Assembly (NCBI RefSeq): GCF_032472435.1
Contig: NZ_JAWEGM010000001.1
Location: forward strand, 124,928 to 188,927
Length of the DNA: 64,000 bases
Direction of reading: 5' to 3'
From: Veillonella parvula
GTDB taxonomy: Bacteria > Bacillota > Negativicutes > Veillonellales > Veillonellaceae
Below are positions 59,114 to 64,000 of the stretch, piece by piece. Under the pieces are notes generated by a model, which searched no databases, was not told the origin of the DNA, and saw nothing but the letters and a program-made list of their open reading frames with translations. The position numbers and the translations under genes were made by a program. Numbering within the stretch: the stretch's first letter is position 1; each line of letters opens with the position of its first letter.

Positions 59114-60232
59114 ATGAAAGTGGAGGACATGAAGGGTGGATATACCACAGGTTCATGTGCTACGGCAGGTATGAAAGCTGGTTTATTGGCCCTCTTAGAT
59201 AAGAATATTGTGGACCAAGTGGTCATCGAAAACCCTCAAGGTCAATATATTGAGGTTCCTATTAAAGCGGTAGAGGTTATATCTGATATAGAGGCGAAGG
59301 TAACCGTCATGAAAGACGGCGGTGACGATCCTGATGTAACTCATGGTAATGATGTGGAAACGACAGTGACCCTTGATGATACTGGTGAACTGCGATTTCG
59401 AGCTGGCTTTGGTGTAGGTACTGTAACGAAACCAGGTCTTGCTATGCCGCCAGGAGAACCGGCTATCAATCCAGGGCCCCGGGCAATGATGAAAATAGTT
59501 TTTGAAGAACATTGTGTCCATGGTCAAGGTGTAACGGTAACCGTTAGTGTTCCTAATGGTAAGGTATTAGCCAAGAAAACATTAAATCATACACTTGGTA
59601 TCGAAGGTGGCATTTCCATTATTGGTACCACCGGTATTGTTAAGCCTATGAGTGAAGAAGGGTTTAAGAACTCGTTAGTGCCACAGTTGAAAGTTATGAA
59701 GGCTAACGGATGTGAAACAGCTGTTCTCGTACCGGGGCGTATTGGTCAAGATCTTGCAGAGCAAGTATTGGGTATCCATAAGAACCAAATGGCAGAAACG
59801 AGTAACTTTATCGGATTTATGCTTGAAAAGGCTGTACAGATTGGATTTAAGCGAATCTTAATTATCGGTCATATCGGTAAGTTAATCAAACTAGCTAGTG
59901 GTAGCTTCCATACTCATAATCGCATGAGTGATGGCCGTATGGAAAGTATCGTGGCCTATGCTGCTTTAGAAGGAGCATCCCAAGAGGTGTGTGAAGAGTT
60001 ATTTAATTGCCAAACCACAGAGTCTACATTTCCTATCTTGGAGCGAGAAGGATTGACTGGTGTATACCAACGAGTTGTAGATCGTGCATCTCTACGTAGT
60101 GAGCGCTATATTGCTAACGAAGCTGAGGTAGGGATCATCATTACGACCTTAAAAGGCGAGATTTTGGCAATGGATAAGCATGCAAAAGAGATAGGAGAAC
60201 TTGAACATTGGCACATACCTTGTATATCGTAG
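59114..60232 (+). CDS. cbiD: Cobalt-precorrin-5B (C1)-methyltransferase
   Basis: GGYTTGSCATAG N-terminal motif. First gene of the cbi cluster. Confidence 0.9.
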   Translation: MKVEDMKGGYTTGSCATAGMKAGLLALLDKNIVDQVVIENPQGQYIEVPIKAVEVISDIEAKVTVMKDGGDDPDVTHGNDVETTVTLDDTGELRFRAGFGVGTVTKPGLAMPPGEPAINPGPRAMMKIVFEEHCVHGQGVTVTVSVPNGKVLAKKTLNHTLGIEGGISIIGTTGIVKPMSEEGFKNSLVPQLKVMKANGCETAVLVPGRIGQDLAEQVLGIHKNQMAETSNFIGFMLEKAVQIGFKRILIIGHIGKLIKLASGSFHTHNRMSDGRMESIVAYAALEGASQEVCEELFNCQTTESTFPILEREGLTGVYQRVVDRASLRSERYIANEAEVGIIITTLKGEILAMDKHAKEIGELEHWHIPCIS

Positions 60233-60834
60233 GCATTGGTCCGGGTAATCCTGATTATGTGGTGCCTAGAGGCCTTAATTTAATTAAACATGCTACAGTA
60301 TTGGTAGGCAGTGAACGTTCTTTAGAGGACTTTCAAGAGCCTGGCCAAACTACATATCCTGTAACAGGTAAGCTCAGCGTATTAGCGGAGCAAATTGAGC
60401 GTGAGCTCAACAACCATGACGTTGTAGTTATGGTTAGTGGCGATACAGGCTATTATAGCTTATTGCCCTATTTAAAGAAAAAATTTACTGCTAACCCTAT
60501 TGAGGTGGTGCCAGGCATTAGCTCTATGACCTTTGCTTTTGCCCGTCTTAATGAGGTATGGCATGATGCGGATTTAATGAGCTTTCACGGTCGTCAACCG
60601 GCGCCCGAAAAACTCGTATATGAAGCAGGTAAAAAGATGGGATTCTTGACGGATCCTGAATATAATCCAGCGCATATTGCGCGTATTTTAATAGATGCAG
60701 GTTGGCCAAAAGAAACGAGAGCAGCAGCCTTAGAGCGTTTGAGTTATGATGATGAAAAAATTGTAGACTCCACGCTAGAGGTGTTAACTGAGCTTGAAGG
60801 CTTTGGTCATTCTGTAATGGTGGTACTAGGATGA
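60208..60834 (+). CDS. cbiE: Precorrin-6Y C5,15-methyltransferase subunit CbiE
   Basis: LYIVGIGPGNPDYV tetrapyrrole methylase N-terminus. The start is uncertain: TTG 60208 overlaps the cbiD end, and TTG 60220 is an alternative. Confidence 0.85.
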   Translation: MAHTLYIVGIGPGNPDYVVPRGLNLIKHATVLVGSERSLEDFQEPGQTTYPVTGKLSVLAEQIERELNNHDVVVMVSGDTGYYSLLPYLKKKFTANPIEVVPGISSMTFAFARLNEVWHDADLMSFHGRQPAPEKLVYEAGKKMGFLTDPEYNPAHIARILIDAGWPKETRAAALERLSYDDEKIVDSTLEVLTELEGFGHSVMVVLG

Positions 60835-61418
60835 GACATTTTTTCGGAATTCCCGATGAGGAATTTATCCGCGGCGACGTGCCGATGACAAAATGCGAGA
60901 TTCGCAAAGCCGTTATGAACGAGGCACGCATCGAGGAGGATAGCATTGTCCTTGATGTAGGCGCTGGTACGGGCTCTATTTCTATTGAAGCAGCCTTGGC
61001 GGCTCCTAAAGGGCATGTATATGCGATTGAGCGATTTGATAAAGGCATCGATCTTATCAATGAGAATATGAAGAAATTCAATGTTAATAATATGACTGTC
61101 ATCAAGTCTAAAGCTCCTGAAGGCATGGAAGAATTGCCTGAGCTTGATGCGGTTATCATCGGTGGTAGCGCTGGTGGCATGACAGGCATCATGGACGAGG
61201 CGCAACGTCTGTTAAAAGTAGGTGGCCGTCTAGTTGTAACTGCTGTAACGATGGAAACTGGCTATACAATCCTTAAAGAGTTGAAAGGTCGTCCTTTCAC
61301 GTATGAAGGTTACCAAATGTCCATCAGTCGTTACCGCAAGGCTGGTCCCTACCATTTGTTAGACCCATTGAGTCCAATTTTCATTGTATCTGCAACGCGT
61401 ATCGCAGAAGGAGAGTAA
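60831..61418 (+). CDS. cbiT: Precorrin-6Y methyltransferase (decarboxylating) subunit CbiT
   Basis: SAM motif VLDVGAGTGSISIE. The ATGA overlaps the cbiE stop. Confidence 0.88.
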   Translation: MRHFFGIPDEEFIRGDVPMTKCEIRKAVMNEARIEEDSIVLDVGAGTGSISIEAALAAPKGHVYAIERFDKGIDLINENMKKFNVNNMTVIKSKAPEGMEELPELDAVIIGGSAGGMTGIMDEAQRLLKVGGRLVVTAVTMETGYTILKELKGRPFTYEGYQMSISRYRKAGPYHLLDPLSPIFIVSATRIAEGE

Positions 61419-61419
61419 T

Positions 61420-62181
61420 ATGGTTGACGTATATATTGTAGGCGCAGGCCCTGGGGATCCTGAGTTAATTACTCGCAAAGGGTATCGTTTAGTGCAAGAG
61501 GCAGATGTTGTAATTTATGCGGGTTCCTTGGTAAACCCTGCCATTTTAGAGGCTTGTAAACCAGGCTGTGAAATTCATAACAGTGCTACTATGAACCTTG
61601 ATGAGGTATTGGCTGTTATGAAAGCTTCTGTTGAGGCTGGTAAAAGCGTAGTTCGCCTTCACACAGGTGACCCTGCTATTTACGGTGCTATTCAAGAGCA
61701 AATGGATGCACTTGCTAGCATGGGGATTTCTTATGAAGTCGTACCAGGTGTAAGCTCTTTCCTTGCTACAGCTGCGGCATTGAAACAAGAATATACATTG
61801 CCAAATGTATCTCAAACAGTCATTATTACGCGTATGGAAGGTCGTACACCGATGCCTCCAAAGGAAAAATTGCGCATGTTAGCATCTCATGAAGCGACAA
61901 TGTGTATTTTCCTTAGCGTTCAAATGTTAGATAAGGTTGTAGCTGAACTCATCGAGGGCGGTTATGACAAAACGACTCCAGTGGCTATCGTGGTAAAAGC
62001 TTCTTGGCCAGACCAACGTATTATTCGTGGCACATTGGAAACTATTGCGGACATCGTAGCTAAAGAAGGCGTATTGCGCCAAGCTATGATCGTTGTAAGC
62101 CATGTATTAGATAGTGAATACGAATTGTCTAAACTCTATGATAAAGGCTTTGCTCATATGTACCGCAGTGCTAAGGACTAG
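61420..62181 (+). CDS. cbiF: Cobalt-precorrin-4 C11-methyltransferase
   Basis: VYIVGAGPGDPELIT and RLHTGDPAIYGA motifs. The ATG at 61420 is 2 nt after the cbiT stop. Confidence 0.9.
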   Translation: MVDVYIVGAGPGDPELITRKGYRLVQEADVVIYAGSLVNPAILEACKPGCEIHNSATMNLDEVLAVMKASVEAGKSVVRLHTGDPAIYGAIQEQMDALASMGISYEVVPGVSSFLATAAALKQEYTLPNVSQTVIITRMEGRTPMPPKEKLRMLASHEATMCIFLSVQMLDKVVAELIEGGYDKTTPVAIVVKASWPDQRIIRGTLETIADIVAKEGVLRQAMIVVSHVLDSEYELSKLYDKGFAHMYRSAKD

Positions 62182-62185
62182 TATA

Positions 62186-63331
62186 ATGAAAGAACTAGAA
62201 ACTGTTGTGCCTACGACGGGAGCTAAGAAGAATAGAACGGCTATTCTTTCTGTATCTGAACGAGGTGCAAAGCTAGGTCAACGCATCAAGTCTTTGGTGG
62301 CACCTCATGCAGATTGCTTTGAAAAAGAAAACCGTCCTTCTGGTGGTGAGGCTATTTATTTTGATTCCCTCAAAAGCCATATCGGACAGATTTTTAAGGA
62401 TTACGATCAAGTATTATGCATCATGGCACTCGGTATTGTAGTGCGCATGATTGCACCGTATATTGAGCATAAATCTAAGGATCCTGCGGTAGTCGTAATG
62501 GACGAAGTAGGGCACCATGTAATCAGTTTATTATCTGGTCACCTTGGGGGTGCCAACGAATGGACACAGTCCATTTCACTGGCCATCGATGCGGACCCTG
62601 TTATTACAACTGCAACGGATGTAAACGGATTGCCAGCGCCTGATGTGTTAGCGCGCCACGAGCATCTGTTGGTAGATGATTTTCAAACCTTAATCAATGT
62701 GAACTCTGCCATTGTTGGGGGCGAGCGGGTTGATTATTACATTGATGAGAGCTTATCTAATGCAGAGCATTTAAAAGAATCTGCGAAAGATCATATTGGT
62801 GAACATGGTAAGGTTCATGTTGTTTCGTTAGAGCAACTTGATTCTATGCCATGTAAGAATGAAAGCTCCGAAGAGGGATCATCTCGAGTTGTAATTACAG
62901 ATAAAGTAATTGTTGAGTATGGACATCAATTGATTTTGCGTCCTCGTACGTATACGATGGGCATTGGCTGTCGCCGAGATACGCCAAAGGAATTGATTCT
63001 TGACGCCATACAACAATCACTAGCAGCGCATAAACTTTCACCTAAAAGCCTTGTAACGGCAGCATCGGTAATTGTTAAACAAGATGAAGTAGGCCTCTTG
63101 GAGGCTATGGAAATTATGGGGTGGCCTATCGTGTTCTATACACAGGACGAGATGGCACCACTTATTGAAGAAGAAAAATTAAAAGAATCTAATTTTGTAA
63201 AAGGAACTATAGGAGTAGGAAACGTATGCGAGACAACAGCATTACTAGCGGCCAAGAGCCGAACATTAATACAGCACAAAACAATTTATCCCAAAACAAC
63301 GGTAGCCATTGCACAGGTAACATCAAAGTAA
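62186..63331 (+). CDS. cbiG: Cobalt-precorrin-5A hydrolase
   Basis: CbiG N-, mid- and C-domain pattern (ALGIVVRMIAP, PVITTATD, MGIGCRR). ATG at 62186. Confidence 0.85.
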   Translation: MKELETVVPTTGAKKNRTAILSVSERGAKLGQRIKSLVAPHADCFEKENRPSGGEAIYFDSLKSHIGQIFKDYDQVLCIMALGIVVRMIAPYIEHKSKDPAVVVMDEVGHHVISLLSGHLGGANEWTQSISLAIDADPVITTATDVNGLPAPDVLARHEHLLVDDFQTLINVNSAIVGGERVDYYIDESLSNAEHLKESAKDHIGEHGKVHVVSLEQLDSMPCKNESSEEGSSRVVITDKVIVEYGHQLILRPRTYTMGIGCRRDTPKELILDAIQQSLAAHKLSPKSLVTAASVIVKQDEVGLLEAMEIMGWPIVFYTQDEMAPLIEEEKLKESNFVKGTIGVGNVCETTALLAAKSRTLIQHKTIYPKTTVAIAQVTSK

Positions 63332-64000
63332 TCGGCATAGGCCCTGGCGATGAAGAGTTTATGACACCGCAAGCACGCGAAGCCATCTTAGCAGCTGACC
63401 GCGTAGTAGGTTATTTGACTTATCTTGACTTGATCAAAGACCTCATTGAAGGTAAAGAAACTGTAGGTACTGCCATGATGCAAGAAGTCGATCGTTGCCA
63501 ACAAGCCGTTGATTTAGCGGTAGAAGGCCATCAAGTAGTTGTAGTATCCTCTGGTGACTCTGGCGTGTACGGCATGGCAGGTCTTGTGTTGGAACTTGCT
63601 AATAAGGTACCAGCAGAAAAACGCCCTTCCGTAGATATCGTACCTGGCCTTAGTGCTGTAAATGTAGCAGCATCTGTATTGGGTGCACCTTTGATGCATG
63701 ACTTTGCGGTTATTTCTCTCAGTGACTTGATGACTCCATGGGATTTAATTAAAAAACGCGCTGATCTTTGTGCACAAGGTGACATGGTTATCTCCTTGTA
63801 CAATCCGCGCAGTAAAAAACGTGTTACTCACTTAGATGAAGTTCGTGAAATCGTTCTTAAATACCGCGACCCAAAAACACCTGTTGGCATCGTGCAAAAA
63901 GCAGGACGCCCAGGTCAACATATGGTAATTTCTGACCTTGAAAACTTTACAAAAGAAGAAGTGGATATGCAAACACTTGTTATTATCGGTAATAGCCAAA
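63226..64000 (+). CDS. cbiH: Cobalt-precorrin-3B C17-methyltransferase, 3' end outside window
   Basis: The frame stays open to the window end and reads IKVIGIGPGDEEFMTPQAREAI...VVVVSSGDSGVYGMAG...LMTPW. It is not in the ORF track because no stop codon is reached. The start is tentative (ATG 63226, after AGGAGTAGGA). Confidence 0.8.
   Translation, partial: MRDNSITSGQEPNINTAQNNLSQNNGSHCTGNIKVIGIGPGDEEFMTPQAREAILAADRVVGYLTYLDLIKDLIEGKETVGTAMMQEVDRCQQAVDLAVEGHQVVVVSSGDSGVYGMAGLVLELANKVPAEKRPSVDIVPGLSAVNVAASVLGAPLMHDFAVISLSDLMTPWDLIKKRADLCAQGDMVISLYNPRSKKRVTHLDEVREIVLKYRDPKTPVGIVQKAGRPGQHMVISDLENFTKEEVDMQTLVIIGNSQ

Noticed and set aside
60548-61205. Two long antisense ORFs (214 and 132 aa) opposite cbiE/cbiT.
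   Set aside because: They fully overlap well-supported cbi genes and have low-complexity, non-protein-like sequence with no translation signals.
1-64000. A window-wide search for tRNA, rRNA, CRISPR arrays, transposases and integrases.
   Set aside because: I saw no T-arm GTTCGAATC-type motifs in a tRNA context, no regularly spaced repeat arrays other than the 4 x 15-bp repeat at 19111-19170, and no DDE or tyrosine-recombinase-like ORFs. This was an inspection by eye only.

Overview
This is a low-GC Firmicutes-type chromosome segment. B. subtilis-like synteny (alaS-yrzL-ruvX-yrzB-mltG-yrrM-yrrNO), a T-box, an L20-type leader, anaerobic cbi genes and a NiFe hydrogenase suggest a Negativicute such as Veillonella; the taxon is an inference. 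Most of the window is housekeeping: the 3' end of an uptake [NiFe]-hydrogenase operon, cell-wall genes, alaS, thrS with a T-box, infC-rpmI-rplT, transporters, fba, a pseudouridine synthase, yajQ and the start of a cbiD-E-T-F-G-H cobalamin operon. The centre (about 20.7-46 kb) is accessory. It holds a run of orphan secreted-protein genes and a visibly more AT-rich block of about 19 kb. That block carries a complete canonical type 1 BREX system (brxA-brxB-brxC-pglX-pglZ-brxL, 24345-37451). Directly downstream is a separately promoted two-gene module: a 1295-aa STAND/AAA_16 NTPase with a long TPR-like array and no effector domain, followed by a 419-aa PD-(D/E)XK nuclease (37729-42942). I cannot assign this pair to a named defence system, and I consider it the best candidate for an undescribed anti-phage module. 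Other notable items: a ZTP (pfl) riboswitch with an overlapping terminator upstream of an oxalate/formate-family MFS transporter, with that unit bracketed by ~150-bp direct repeats that have an sRNA/leader-like layout; a duplicated rplT 3' end plus terminator bracketing a secreted-protein gene; a frameshifted DASS transporter with a 4 x 15-bp tandem repeat upstream; and infC with a probable ATT start behind a leader terminator. I saw no rRNA, tRNA, CRISPR array, transposase or integrase.
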